Positions 50,020-60,102 are shown, numbered from the stretch's first letter. The stretch is DNA of 64,000 nt from Nitrosopumilus sp. (GCA_965238275.1 OZ250186.1:1856001-1920000); one strand, 5' to 3'. A program made the numbers and translations. Notes: generated from the letters alone by a model not told the origin.

Positions 50020-50418
50020 TTGTTGGATAATCACATAGATGGCCACCTGAGGAACCTGTATGGATTGAATCCGGACACTCCCCACATAGCTCTGCAGTTT
50101 CCAAGGCTTCCCCCGATGGCTGGCAGACCCATGTTTGGGACGTACGGGGATCCAACCAAGGAACAGTTCACCCAGGATACAGCATCCATCAGCCACAATC
50201 TTTATCGGTTTCATCATATGTTTCAGCAACACGCAGCAGGCCTGTTGACCATGAACTCCTCAATAATTCCTCCCGGTCATCCGTTATACAACAGAAAGAA
50301 TTCAGTCGAGATGCTCCAGACCGAAAATGACAAGCTGCAAAAGGAGAATGCAAGGTTGAAGAAGATTCTCAAAAAGGAATCTACAGCAAACGGTTCCGGT
50401 TTCAACATCCCCTTCTGA
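50020..50418 (+). CDS. Hypothetical protein with C-terminal coiled coil
   Basis: 132-aa ORF; IIPPGHPLY then LQTENDKLQKENARLKK. Confidence 0.7.
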   Translation: MLDNHIDGHLRNLYGLNPDTPHIALQFPRLPPMAGRPMFGTYGDPTKEQFTQDTASISHNLYRFHHMFQQHAAGLLTMNSSIIPPGHPLYNRKNSVEMLQTENDKLQKENARLKKILKKESTANGSGFNIPF

Positions 50419-50573
50419 CAGTCACTCGCAGAAGTGAGTCTTTCTCCCCCCCCCCCGCAACACGCCAGAACCACGCAGTAATCAGTCTACGCACCAACGA
50501 CGTACCGCAACATTCCATGAACGCCGTTTTGCCTCTGCAGATACCCCCACAGTTGGCGGGAAGGTCCTGCGTG

Positions 50574-51380
50574 TTATTGTGATTTGAACCCGTAGACCTG
50601 GTAGATATCGCCGGTCAATCTGGAACGGTACCTCCACTCATCGTTCCTCCAGACAATCCGTTCAAACTGATTCTGGAATGTGGGGTGCAGCCTTTCGTAG
50701 ACGTCGCTGCCGATAAGGATCTGGTTGGGGTGCGCCATGCCTTGAATCTTGGCTGCAATATTCATGGCGGGACCCATCAGATCCACATGGGAGTATTTTG
50801 GATCGGCGCCGTATCGAACCACGATGTTCTGGCCAAAATCTACGCCAATCTTGGCCCGCAGTTCCGGATAGTCATACTGGTTCAGGACGGGGTTGATCCC
50901 GTCACGCATTACAGATACCATGGATTTTGCGCAGTTTGTCGCGTAGTCGTTTGCCAGCAATCCGTTCTGCTCGGCGATAAAGTATCCAATGACGGCATCG
51001 CCGACAAACTTCAGGACGTATCCATGGTGCTGCCTGATGACAGACGCCATCTCCTGGGAGAACGAGCTGACGATGATTGCAATCTTCTCAGCAGGCATCT
51101 CCAGTGCCATGTTGGTAGAACCTACAAGATCCACGTACAATACCACCATGTTCAGCTTTGCAAAGACGTTTTGCCGCAGAAAATCTTCGGACTCGTCAAC
51201 CACGGCAGTGTACTCGTAGCCCTTTTTGAGCGCCGCCCAGACACGCTTTTGCGTCTCCATAATCATGGTAGCAGAGTCAAGTGTTCTTGCCCGGCTCTTG
51301 CCCAGAAGCATGTCCACTACACGGGTGTCCTGTTTTTCGGCACCTGATTCTTTTGTATCTTCGGACCTGTCTTTGCTCAT
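50574..51380 (-). CDS. Class III adenylate/guanylate cyclase
   Basis: LYVDLVGST, LKFVGDAV, KIGVDFG, DLMGPAMNIAAKIQ. Confidence 0.92.
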   Translation of the reverse strand: MSKDRSEDTKESGAEKQDTRVVDMLLGKSRARTLDSATMIMETQKRVWAALKKGYEYTAVVDESEDFLRQNVFAKLNMVVLYVDLVGSTNMALEMPAEKIAIIVSSFSQEMASVIRQHHGYVLKFVGDAVIGYFIAEQNGLLANDYATNCAKSMVSVMRDGINPVLNQYDYPELRAKIGVDFGQNIVVRYGADPKYSHVDLMGPAMNIAAKIQGMAHPNQILIGSDVYERLHPTFQNQFERIVWRNDEWRYRSRLTGDIYQVYGFKSQ

Positions 51381-51524
51381 CTTCTACCCCGATGAGGAAT
51401 CCGTCCTAAAATGCAGGGTCATTCTCCGGACATCATGACAGGCAGTGATCATCCAGATGGGATTCGGGCATGCAGTGTACTCATCCATGCTCATGTTTGT
51501 CGGTGCACTATTTAGACATTAATG

Positions 51525-53737
51525 GTAAGAGGTCGCCTTTGCGAAGCGATTTCGTGCCTGATCTGCCCCGATTAATTACCAACTGAGCTACGTTTTCGGC
51601 CATAAATGCCCATTTAATTGGCATTATTCAGGGTTTTTTCCGGGCGGGGATGAGGCTCGGCTGAGCTGCATTTTGGCCGATCCGGTGATCGGACTTGCGA
51701 AGTGGGCCTTTTTTGGTGCTGCCGGGCGTGGTGCGTTGTGCCCGAATCGGGTGGCGGGCCGGCACGGCGGCCTGACATGTGTCAGGCAACCGGTGCTGTG
51801 GGGGTCGCGCAGGACATGCAGGGCAGCCATGGATGGATTTTGCAGGATTTATACCGTTGCTGCCGCTGCTGCTGCTGCCGGTATTTTTTCGACCATGCCT
51901 CGCATGTAGTCGACCAAAAAGTCGTGCGGGTTGACGCCGCGCATCCTGCACGTCTCGCGGATGCTGGCCAGGACGGCGTGGTTGTATGCGCCGGCAAGGC
52001 TCTTGCTGCCGCCTGAGACCTTCCGGGATGCGACGCTGGGCCGCAGGGGGCGCTCGGCATCGTTGTTATGGCACTTTGTGCTGAGGCGGATGAATGGGAA
52101 CAGGTGGATGATCTCGCGCCGCAGCCGCTTGACAAACCGCTTGCAGTGGGGTTCGGTGTAGCTGCCAGACATCAGGCGCCTCACCCGGGCCAGGAGGTTG
52201 CGCACCTTGAGGTTTCGCGCGGCCGCATCGTCGTTCGGGTTGAGTCCCTTCTCTGCGTGCCAGGAATCGATGATTATCCCCTTTAGGGCCTTGGCAAACT
52301 TTTTGAATTCTGGCCCCGGGTTTTTCATGGTCAGGGTGCGGATGATCTCGCGGAGGTAGTGGTAGTGGCACTTTTGGTGGGTCCTGCCGATGCGGTTCCA
52401 CGCGGAGTGTGAATCAGAGGTGACGTGGCCTGCGTACCCCCCAAGCAGGGTCTCCAGCACGTCTCCTCCCCGGCGCTTGTCCACGTAAAAGACAGTCGAG
52501 CTGTCACCGACTAGTATCCACAGCCAGTACAGCACACCGGCTACCCTCCAGCTGGTCTCGTCCCCGAAGACATGCTCTGAGAAGAATATCTCCTCGAGCA
52601 TCTCCTCGTAGAGCGGGTGGAGGGATCCTGTCACGGCATCCACGTGGCCGATGACAGTCGACTTTGCAAGGTCCGTGTGGTAGATTATGTTGATCAGCTT
52701 GCGGATGGGTTCGTAGGGAATGTTGTACATCCTCATCGTCGTCTCAAGGCACGTCAGGCTGGCGCCGAACCGTCCACCGGGGACGACCCCCGGGATCTCG
52801 GGGGCAAACTGCCTGCCGCATTCCCTGCAGTACCTGCGGACGACGGTATACTGGATGCCGGTCAGCTTCCCGTCGATAATCTCCTCGACTACCCGGATGG
52901 TCACCTCGGTGGGCTCCTTCGAGAGGGCATGGCCGTGCGGGCAGGCGGGCATGTCGACTAGCTTTTTTTCGGATATCGGGGGAGGATCACGGCCGGTGCG
53001 CAGGCAGACGACCTTCCTGAACGGGTCTGGTGCAGGCCCGGGTGATTCCCGGAGCCGCTTCTGGGAGCGGCGGCTTTTGATGCCCAGATTCTCGGCTGCC
53101 AGCGCCGAGTTGGCCGCGCGCGCCTCCCTTAACTGAGAGGCATGCTCTGATGCCTGCCGTTCCAGGCGGGCTATCCTGTCCATGACTGCCTGCGAGACGT
53201 CGCATCCCTGCAGGAGGGCGGCATTCTCTGCCCTCAGTTTCTCTATCTCGGAGTCCTTTTGTTCTATCTCGGAGTCCTTTTGCACGTTCTCTTCTTCCAG
53301 CAGTTTGATCCTGGCATCCATCTCCGTCAGCATCGCGTGTTCCCCTGAGAAGGCCTCTGCCTCCTCCTTCAGCTGCTCGATGTCTTTTCTCAGTGCCATG
53401 CTCTCCTCGTCCTTGGATTTGAGCATGTCCAAGACGGATTCGAAGAGGGACTTGGTGTCGGTTACGGAGTTCCAGTCAATCTTTTCCAGGTCGATTACAG
53501 GCGCCACGCCATAACACGGGAAGGCATGATCCATAAAGCTTTTGGGCACGCAGCGCCTGCCGGAAAATGCGGCGCAAAAGATCCAACCGGAAGAGCCTTG
53601 ATCCGAAAACCGCCCTGCCTGAGGACCGTGTTGATAACGTGCAATTAATCGGGTATTTATGGTCAAAAACGTAGCTCAGTTGGTAATTAATCGGAACAGA
53701 TCAGGCACGGAATCGCTTCGCAAAGGCGACCTCTTGC
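51525..53737 (-). mobile_element. IS66-family element (type D, copy 2, inverted)
   Basis: Near-identical to 41125-43337; own 8-bp TSD CATTAATG at 51517-24 and 53738-45; one end reads GCAA rather than GTAA. Confidence 0.95.
51849..53666 (-). CDS. IS66-family transposase
   Basis: Only a few substitutions relative to 41196..43013. Confidence 0.93.
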   Translation of the reverse strand: MTINTRLIARYQHGPQAGRFSDQGSSGWIFCAAFSGRRCVPKSFMDHAFPCYGVAPVIDLEKIDWNSVTDTKSLFESVLDMLKSKDEESMALRKDIEQLKEEAEAFSGEHAMLTEMDARIKLLEEENVQKDSEIEQKDSEIEKLRAENAALLQGCDVSQAVMDRIARLERQASEHASQLREARAANSALAAENLGIKSRRSQKRLRESPGPAPDPFRKVVCLRTGRDPPPISEKKLVDMPACPHGHALSKEPTEVTIRVVEEIIDGKLTGIQYTVVRRYCRECGRQFAPEIPGVVPGGRFGASLTCLETTMRMYNIPYEPIRKLINIIYHTDLAKSTVIGHVDAVTGSLHPLYEEMLEEIFFSEHVFGDETSWRVAGVLYWLWILVGDSSTVFYVDKRRGGDVLETLLGGYAGHVTSDSHSAWNRIGRTHQKCHYHYLREIIRTLTMKNPGPEFKKFAKALKGIIIDSWHAEKGLNPNDDAAARNLKVRNLLARVRRLMSGSYTEPHCKRFVKRLRREIIHLFPFIRLSTKCHNNDAERPLRPSVASRKVSGGSKSLAGAYNHAVLASIRETCRMRGVNPHDFLVDYMRGMVEKIPAAAAAAATV

Positions 53738-53778
53738 CATTAATGAAGGTTTAAGGAAGGTAGCATGCAGCGAAATTC

Positions 53779-54618
53779 ATGAGGCTTGGAAACCGCACCT
53801 CCAACGAGTTCATTCTGGGACTAAACCAGAGGAATGACCTCATCCAGAAGGGGTTCCTGGGCAGGATGACGGATCTGACAAGGATGTCAGAGACGACTGT
53901 AATGATGGGGGATTCAACCATAGTCAAGCAGAGCACGTTTGAACCAAAGCAGGTGACAGACTACTTCAAGGGAGTCAATGCCTGTCTTGCCGGGTGGTCC
54001 GTGCAGGACGTATCAGTATCAAACAACGAGGACATCCGTAGAATCTTTACAAAGTCAGGGGTGATGGTGGGAAACTACCTCATATCACTGCACCTGTCGG
54101 TACAGTTCCACGTATTGCTATACTACAAGCCGGTCCAGCGTGTACTTGACTGCCAGAAGGAGCTTGCTGGCATAGTAGATCTGACAAAGAACAGGGAGCA
54201 GCAGATCTCAGACAGCAGCGACCAGCTCGTCCTGAACAAGCTAAGGGAGATGGGATGCAAGGACTTTGATCACCAGGGGCTCTTTGAGGTGCTGTATGAA
54301 AATGACGAACTGCGCGAGAAGGTCTATGCCGAGATCGAGCACAGCACGGATGCGGAGCTAAAGGAGGTTGCGGACAGAAAGTCCATGCTCTTTGAGGAGC
54401 TGGATTCGCTGCTTGTCGAGACATACCAGACTGCCCCGGTATTAATCGACGACACAAGGCTGGTAACAGGCGAGGAGGGGTGCCTGTGCATGATTGATCT
54501 GGAGTTTGTCAAGAACAGGAACAGGGAGGGACTCTTTGATCCAAGAAAGATTCCGGATGCCGTAGGGCATGCCATTACAGAACGCCTGGACGAGCTTGCA
54601 GGCGCCATAGGGGCATGA
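53779..54618 (+). CDS. Hypothetical protein
   Basis: 279-aa ORF with TTTAAG box at 53750. Confidence 0.82.
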   Translation: MRLGNRTSNEFILGLNQRNDLIQKGFLGRMTDLTRMSETTVMMGDSTIVKQSTFEPKQVTDYFKGVNACLAGWSVQDVSVSNNEDIRRIFTKSGVMVGNYLISLHLSVQFHVLLYYKPVQRVLDCQKELAGIVDLTKNREQQISDSSDQLVLNKLREMGCKDFDHQGLFEVLYENDELREKVYAEIEHSTDAELKEVADRKSMLFEELDSLLVETYQTAPVLIDDTRLVTGEEGCLCMIDLEFVKNRNREGLFDPRKIPDAVGHAITERLDELAGAIGA

Positions 54619-54653
54619 CATGCCAGACTGCATGGGATGGCCGCTGTCGCCGT

Positions 54654-54695
54654 CATCATCATCATCATCATCATCATCATCACCACCACCACCAC
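54654..54695. repeat. (CAT)9(CAC)5 compound microsatellite
   Basis: Seen directly; intergenic. Confidence 0.92.
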
Positions 54696-54759
54696 AGCAT
54701 GTACCGGCAGCCGGGCCAAGCATGAACTCAAATAAATAACCTACCAGATAACATCACTT

Positions 54760-55968
54760 GTGAAGCCGTCATATGATGAGATAGTACGGGCATACTCCAT
54801 GAGGGGCAGTGCGATAAAGAGAACCCCGCTTATCCACTCGTCGATACTGAGCAGCATGGTACAGTCCGACGTATATCTAAAGCCAGAATTCCATCAAAAG
54901 ACAGGCTCGTTTAAGATTCGCGGGGCATACTACAAGATAAAAACAATGCAGGATGCAGAGAAGAGGCACGGGGTGGTTGCAGCATCCGCAGGAAACCATG
55001 CGCAGGGCGTGGCCTTTGCCTCGTCCCTTGAAGGCATTCCGTGCACCATTGTAATGCCAAAGAACGCGTCCCCGGCAAAGGTGGCAGCCACAAAGTCGTA
55101 CGGGGCAAGCGTGATTCTGGACGGGGTAAACTATGAGGAGTCCTTTGCAAGGGCCGAGAGGATCTCCAAGGAGACGGGCGCTGCCATGATTCATGCCTTT
55201 GATGATCCCCAGATAATTGCGGGCCAGGGGGTCATAGGGCTTGAGATACTAGAGGACCTGCCAGACGTGGACGAGATTTATCTTCCCGTGGGAGGCGGCG
55301 GGCTTGCAGCAGGCGTGCTGATTGCAGTAAAGGAGAAGAACCCGAAGGTCAGGGTTATCGGGGTACAGACAAGCGCATTTCCATCAATGTATGAATCAGT
55401 AAGGAAGGGAGTCCTGACCTCCAGCCCGGGCTCAAAAACGATTGCAGACGGCATAGCAGTCAAGATTCCCGGGCAGCTTACGTTCTCGGTGATCAACGAG
55501 CTTGTAGACGAGATGGTTCTTGTCGATGATGCAGACATTACAAACACCATGTTTATCCTCATGGAGAGGTCAAAGTTTGTAGTAGAGCCTGCAGGGGCTG
55601 CAAGCCTGGCATACCTCATTGCAAACAAGCCAGCACCCGGAAAGAAGGTGGTGGCCTTGATTGGAGGGGGCAATGTGGACATGTACCTTCTAGGGCAGAT
55701 AGTCGACAAGGGGCTTGCCGCGATGGACCGGCTGCTCAAGATATCCATAATGCTCCCGGACAGGCCAGGCGCACTCAAGGAGATAGTCGATGAGATAACC
55801 ATGGCAAACGCAAACATCGTGGAGGTTGTTCATGACAGGCTAAGCTCAGGCATCACGGTGGGCTCTGCAGGAGTTATCCTGAGCCTTGAGACGCAGGGAA
55901 GGGAACAGACAGACGCACTGATTAAAAGACTGCAAGGAAAGAAGGTCCAGTTCACCATACTCAGCTAG
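54760..55968 (+). CDS. ilvA: Threonine ammonia-lyase with C-terminal ACT domain
   Basis: QKTGSFKIRGA, SAGNHAQG, PVGGGGL, TIADGIAV, GGNVD, LPDRPGAL. Confidence 0.95.
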   Translation: MKPSYDEIVRAYSMRGSAIKRTPLIHSSILSSMVQSDVYLKPEFHQKTGSFKIRGAYYKIKTMQDAEKRHGVVAASAGNHAQGVAFASSLEGIPCTIVMPKNASPAKVAATKSYGASVILDGVNYEESFARAERISKETGAAMIHAFDDPQIIAGQGVIGLEILEDLPDVDEIYLPVGGGGLAAGVLIAVKEKNPKVRVIGVQTSAFPSMYESVRKGVLTSSPGSKTIADGIAVKIPGQLTFSVINELVDEMVLVDDADITNTMFILMERSKFVVEPAGAASLAYLIANKPAPGKKVVALIGGGNVDMYLLGQIVDKGLAAMDRLLKISIMLPDRPGALKEIVDEITMANANIVEVVHDRLSSGITVGSAGVILSLETQGREQTDALIKRLQGKKVQFTILS

Positions 55969-56536
55969 ACTGGAGCCGGTCTGCAAACTCGGACAGGCCG
56001 TCGTTTCTTAGCTGCTCGGACTGGCGCACCACGGAGTCATACTGGGCAGACTTGTGCTGCCTTATTGCGTCCTGCAGCGCGGGAAACTCGTTTGCGAGGA
56101 TCTTGGCAGCGTATATCCCGGCATTGCCTGCCTTGTTGATGCCTACTGACACAACGGGGGATCCCGAGGGCATCTCGGTGATTGACAGCAGCGAGTCCAG
56201 CCCCCCAAACGCAGAGAATCCGGAGTTTGGTTTTCCGGGATGCTTGTCGTTGTAGACTAGTATCGGAACCCCGATGACGGGTATGACTGTGTGCGATGCC
56301 ATCATCCCGGGCAGGTGCGCGGCGCCCCCGGCACCGGCAATTATCACCCGGAGGCCGGTCTCCTCGGCATGCCTTGCATACTCGGACAGCCTAGAGGGGG
56401 TTCGGTGTGCAGATACAATCTGATCCTCGTGTCCTACCTTGAATGTGTCCAGAATCTCGGCTGCCCCCTTCATGATCCTGCTGTCAGAGCTTGATCCCAT
56501 GATGATTCCTACCAGGGGCTTGTCAGAGTATCCCAT
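55961..56536 (-). CDS. purE: N5-CAIR mutase
   Basis: IIMGSSSD, SAHRTP, AGAGGAAHLPG, PVIGVP, GLDSLLS. Confidence 0.96.
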   Translation of the reverse strand: MGYSDKPLVGIIMGSSSDSRIMKGAAEILDTFKVGHEDQIVSAHRTPSRLSEYARHAEETGLRVIIAGAGGAAHLPGMMASHTVIPVIGVPILVYNDKHPGKPNSGFSAFGGLDSLLSITEMPSGSPVVSVGINKAGNAGIYAAKILANEFPALQDAIRQHKSAQYDSVVRQSEQLRNDGLSEFADRLQSS

Positions 56537-56757
56537 GATACTACAACAGGCAGAGGGTATTTAATAACTGCCCGCACGCTGTCCTGGCATGTTCTGCATT
56601 CAGTATGATGGTGCAGGATACTGAGGGGAGGGTGCGTGCAGGCGCACCAGGTCAGAACTTCAAGAGTATGGCATGCTGCGGTACGGTTTCCTTCAAGGAT
56701 GGTTACGGGGGTTTTCCGGTGCTTTAGAGCAGGCATGCAGTATCTATTTTTAGCCGT

Positions 56758-57924
56758 ATGACATCCGGAGTAATGATGGGAAGGGTCCTTGGCATTATTG
56801 GCGGCGGTCAGCTTGGAATGATGATTACGGAGGCTGCAAGGAGGATGATGCCAGAGCACATATCCGGGGTGGTAGTGCTTGATCCCACAAGGGGCTGTCC
56901 GGCATCTCAGGCAGGCGCAGAGCAGATTGTTGCAGACTTTAAGGACAGGAATGCAATCGTCACCCTGGCACAGAGGGCCGACGTCATCACATACGAGATA
57001 GAGTCAGGAGACAGCGACGTGCTCAAATCAGTAGAGGGGGATGTGGAGATAAATCCGTCACCAGACACGCTGAGGATAATCCAGGACAAGCTGCTGCAAA
57101 AGTCGTTTCTGGCAGAGCACGGCATACCGGTTCCGGAGTTTGCCAGGGTAGACGGACTTGACGATCTCAGGGACCACCTGAAGGATTTTGGGTATCCTGC
57201 ACTGCTCAAGGTAAGGAGGGATGCGTACGACGGCCGTGGAAACTTTAAGATTGACTCAGAAGACGAGGTGCAGGAGGCGTTCAGCCATCTTGGGGGAAGC
57301 GGCCTTATGCTGGAGAGGTTTGTGCCGTTCAGGATGGAGGTGTCAGTGATTGCATCAAGGAGCACCAGGGGGCAGATTAAGACGTACCCGCTGGTTGAGA
57401 ACATACACGAACACAACATACTGCAAGAGACGATAGCGCCTGCCAGGGTCTCAGGACAGGTTGCAGAAAAAGCCGAAAAGATTGCAGCAGACACGATGGC
57501 CGTCCTCAAGGGGGCAGGGGTGTTTGGGATAGAGATGTTTCTCACGCAGGACGACCAGATAATAATCAACGAGATTGCCCCCAGGGTGCACAACTCTGGC
57601 CATCACACGCTCCAGTCAAGCCACACCTCGCAGTTTGAACAGCACCTGAGGGCAATCCTTGGCCTCGAACTTGGCGATACGGGGCTTATCCACCCCACCG
57701 TAATGTACAACATCCTGGGATCGCCCTCCTTCGAGGGCAGGTACCGTCCCATCTCGATCTCAGAACCCGGCGCGTACCTGAAGATGTATGGGAAGGAGAT
57801 CTCAAGGCCCATGCGAAAGCTAGGCCATGTCAACCTGGTTGCACAGGACGGAGAGACTGTAGACCAGCTGCTCGAGAGGCTGCCTGCACTCAAAAAGGAT
57901 CTTGCAACCATGCCTGCCGTATGA
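56758..57924 (+). CDS. purK: N5-CAIR synthetase
   Basis: GIIGGGQLGMM, YDGRG, NEIAPRVHNSGH, SQFEQHLRA, YGK..RKLGH. Confidence 0.96.
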   Translation: MTSGVMMGRVLGIIGGGQLGMMITEAARRMMPEHISGVVVLDPTRGCPASQAGAEQIVADFKDRNAIVTLAQRADVITYEIESGDSDVLKSVEGDVEINPSPDTLRIIQDKLLQKSFLAEHGIPVPEFARVDGLDDLRDHLKDFGYPALLKVRRDAYDGRGNFKIDSEDEVQEAFSHLGGSGLMLERFVPFRMEVSVIASRSTRGQIKTYPLVENIHEHNILQETIAPARVSGQVAEKAEKIAADTMAVLKGAGVFGIEMFLTQDDQIIINEIAPRVHNSGHHTLQSSHTSQFEQHLRAILGLELGDTGLIHPTVMYNILGSPSFEGRYRPISISEPGAYLKMYGKEISRPMRKLGHVNLVAQDGETVDQLLERLPALKKDLATMPAV

Positions 57925-58123
57925 TTTTGCCGGTTCCATTGAATCTGGGAACTGGGACCGCGTACATGCCTGTAGCCGGAAACGTTGAAAGTAGTCCCAC
58001 CACCACACCACGGAGAACCGCGTCGAGGTCAACAGACTAGTGCGTGAGGTACGCGCGTTCCGGTGCCAATGTTTCACTCGTCATGACTGTTACGCGTTTT
58101 CATCTTGGCACGACTGTTGCCAG

Positions 58124-58339
58124 TTAAGAGAACACGTCCAAGATTTCTTTTGCAACATACATTTTGTTCCGCTTTTTTGAACCAATCTGTTCAAGAATGC
58201 CCACATCAATCAGGCATGTAACGGCCTTCTTTGCAGTAGGATATCCAGTTTTGAGATACTCAGCAGCTCTTGAAATCGTTATCACAGGGTTGGAGAACAG
58301 GTGCCCTGTCAGAACAATGGCGCTGCCAATGGCTTTTTC
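58124..58339 (-). pseudogene. C-terminal winged-helix fragment of a Fic-family protein
   Basis: My translation across the IS66 TSD: RLKEEKAIGSAIVLTGHLFSNPVITISRAAEYLKTGYPTAKKAVTCLIDVGILEQIGSKKRNKMYVAKEILDVFS*; no Fic catalytic domain seen. Confidence 0.7.
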
Positions 58340-60102
58340 GTAATTGTTTCGCTTTTTGAAGTGGCCTGCCTAACAGTGGAGCGGGTGCAGCCTTTCCCTT
58401 ACCGTGAAATCTTTTTTCCCGTGATGCACCACGCGTGCCGTCGGATGGCGCCTCAACTGTCTCCAGAAGACGAGCGGACCAGATGATCAAAGAAACTGTT
58501 TCCGCTGATCCTGTCAGTTGCCAGCAGCGTGAACAGGATCGAGTTGGCATCCATGCCCTTCTGGGAGCGGTTTCCGCCCCCGTCGCTCCTTATGGCCACG
58601 AACCTCCGGTTGACCCTCTCCACTGCGTTGTTGTCAGGCTCGATGCCGTCCACGTGCAGGCAGGTGGTCATAAAGTATCCCTCCCGGGGGTTCCTCTTCT
58701 TGTGTCTGGCGATGGTGCCGTGCCCATCGTCTGCAAACGGTTCGTTCATCAGCCCGCGCAGCTCCGCGTCTATGCAGTGGGCCGCGACGATCCTCGTGTG
58801 CCCGTCTTTGATCCTGGATGCGCGATAAATCTTATCATGGATTGCCGACAGCCTGTCCAGAAACTTTGGAACGTCACCTTTGGGGTTGGTCAGGACGTCC
58901 TTTTGCACCAGGCGTTCCTGGTGCCACACGCACATCTGGCGGCACGATCCCACGTGGAGCCATCCTGAATACGAGTCCTGCGTTATGGTTCCCTTGTAGT
59001 CCGGGAGTGTGTGGCAAAGCGTCTTGATGTCCCGAGAGCCGGTCACCTCCACGAGGCAGGCGTCTTTTGCCAAGGCCACTATCCCGTAGCCGCGTTTGCC
59101 GCCCAACGGCCAGTGGAATTCGTCTGCGTTCAGGTGTGGCGCCTCTAACACGCGCTTTCTTACAGAATCACGCTCCGGTGCCATGCGCTCTGCCTGCCTG
59201 ATCTTGCCGCGGTATGCAGACGGGCGCGAGATTTTGTGCCCCCACGCGTCGCTGCCAAATTCTGCGGCCCTGGCATGCGACAAACCGTTCATGTTCAGGG
59301 ACGTCATGGCCGCATCAAAGTTTGATGAACGGCGCGCGTGTTTTGCCGCGCCGGGAACCCTTCCAGAGACCTGTTTTTTGCACCCGCGGCACCAGCGCCG
59401 CTTGATGACGTACCTGACGTTTTCCAGTATGACGCGCATGACAGTCACGATGCGATCGTACCTGTCAGTCACGTCCGAAAGATTGTCGTTGCCACAGTCG
59501 GGACATTCCTTGCAGTCGATCTCCTCGACGCGGTCGACGCGTTTTGGCCTGCAGTTGATGGTGGGTTTTTGCCCCTTGGGCCTGCCGGCCTTCCTTGGGC
59601 CTGCCTTTTTCTTGGTCACGGTGGGGATGTTGATCCTGTTGGCCTTGGCGTTAAGCTCCCTGTTGGCCTTGGCGTACCTCTTGTTGTCCTCGGTGAGGGA
59701 TGAGACGAGTGCCTGCAGTCCCTCGATCTCCTTGCAGTCTGCGCCTGGCCTGCCTGCAACTTCGGCGGCAGCCTCCGGAATCTTGCCTGCCAAACCGATC
59801 GTGTCACCAAGCACCCTTGTCCAGAACCGGCAGCACCTGCATCCTGATTTCATGCACGCCCCGGCATCCTGTGGGATTTGCGGCAGGACAGATGAGGATT
59901 CCATGGCCTTAAATTCCACTGCTTCCAACCACGATTGGCGTGCTGGTTCCTTCATTTGGTACTTCGAAGGAACTGGCACCCACTGGTATTTGGATCGCAA
60001 TGATCAATTTTTGTCGTCATTGGCACAAAATTATTGGATTCAGTTCAGGTGCCCTAGCTGCCCGCCGAGTCGTCCGGGCACTTCAAAAAGCGAAACAATT
60101 AC
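58340..60102 (-). mobile_element. Single-ORF IS66-family element (type F, copy 1)
   Basis: TIR GTAATTGTTTCGCTTTTTGAAGTG; 8-bp TSD GCTTTTTC at 58332-39 and 60103-10. Confidence 0.95.
58453..60000 (-). CDS. IS66-family transposase
   Basis: CPDC/CRGC, NADEF, QDSY, QMCVWH, NNAVERVNR. Confidence 0.92.
   Translation of the reverse strand: MRSKYQWVPVPSKYQMKEPARQSWLEAVEFKAMESSSVLPQIPQDAGACMKSGCRCCRFWTRVLGDTIGLAGKIPEAAAEVAGRPGADCKEIEGLQALVSSLTEDNKRYAKANRELNAKANRINIPTVTKKKAGPRKAGRPKGQKPTINCRPKRVDRVEEIDCKECPDCGNDNLSDVTDRYDRIVTVMRVILENVRYVIKRRWCRGCKKQVSGRVPGAAKHARRSSNFDAAMTSLNMNGLSHARAAEFGSDAWGHKISRPSAYRGKIRQAERMAPERDSVRKRVLEAPHLNADEFHWPLGGKRGYGIVALAKDACLVEVTGSRDIKTLCHTLPDYKGTITQDSYSGWLHVGSCRQMCVWHQERLVQKDVLTNPKGDVPKFLDRLSAIHDKIYRASRIKDGHTRIVAAHCIDAELRGLMNEPFADDGHGTIARHKKRNPREGYFMTTCLHVDGIEPDNNAVERVNRRFVAIRSDGGGNRSQKGMDANSILFTLLATDRISGNSFFDHLVRSSSGDS

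Noticed and set aside
41125-53737. Composite transposon bounded by IS66 copies (also 58340-63608)
   Set aside because: Each copy has its own distinct 8-bp TSD, so the insertions were independent.
54324-54731. Poly-Val/Met and poly-Asp ORFs
   Set aside because: Translations of the (CAT)(CAC) microsatellite, antisense to a real gene.
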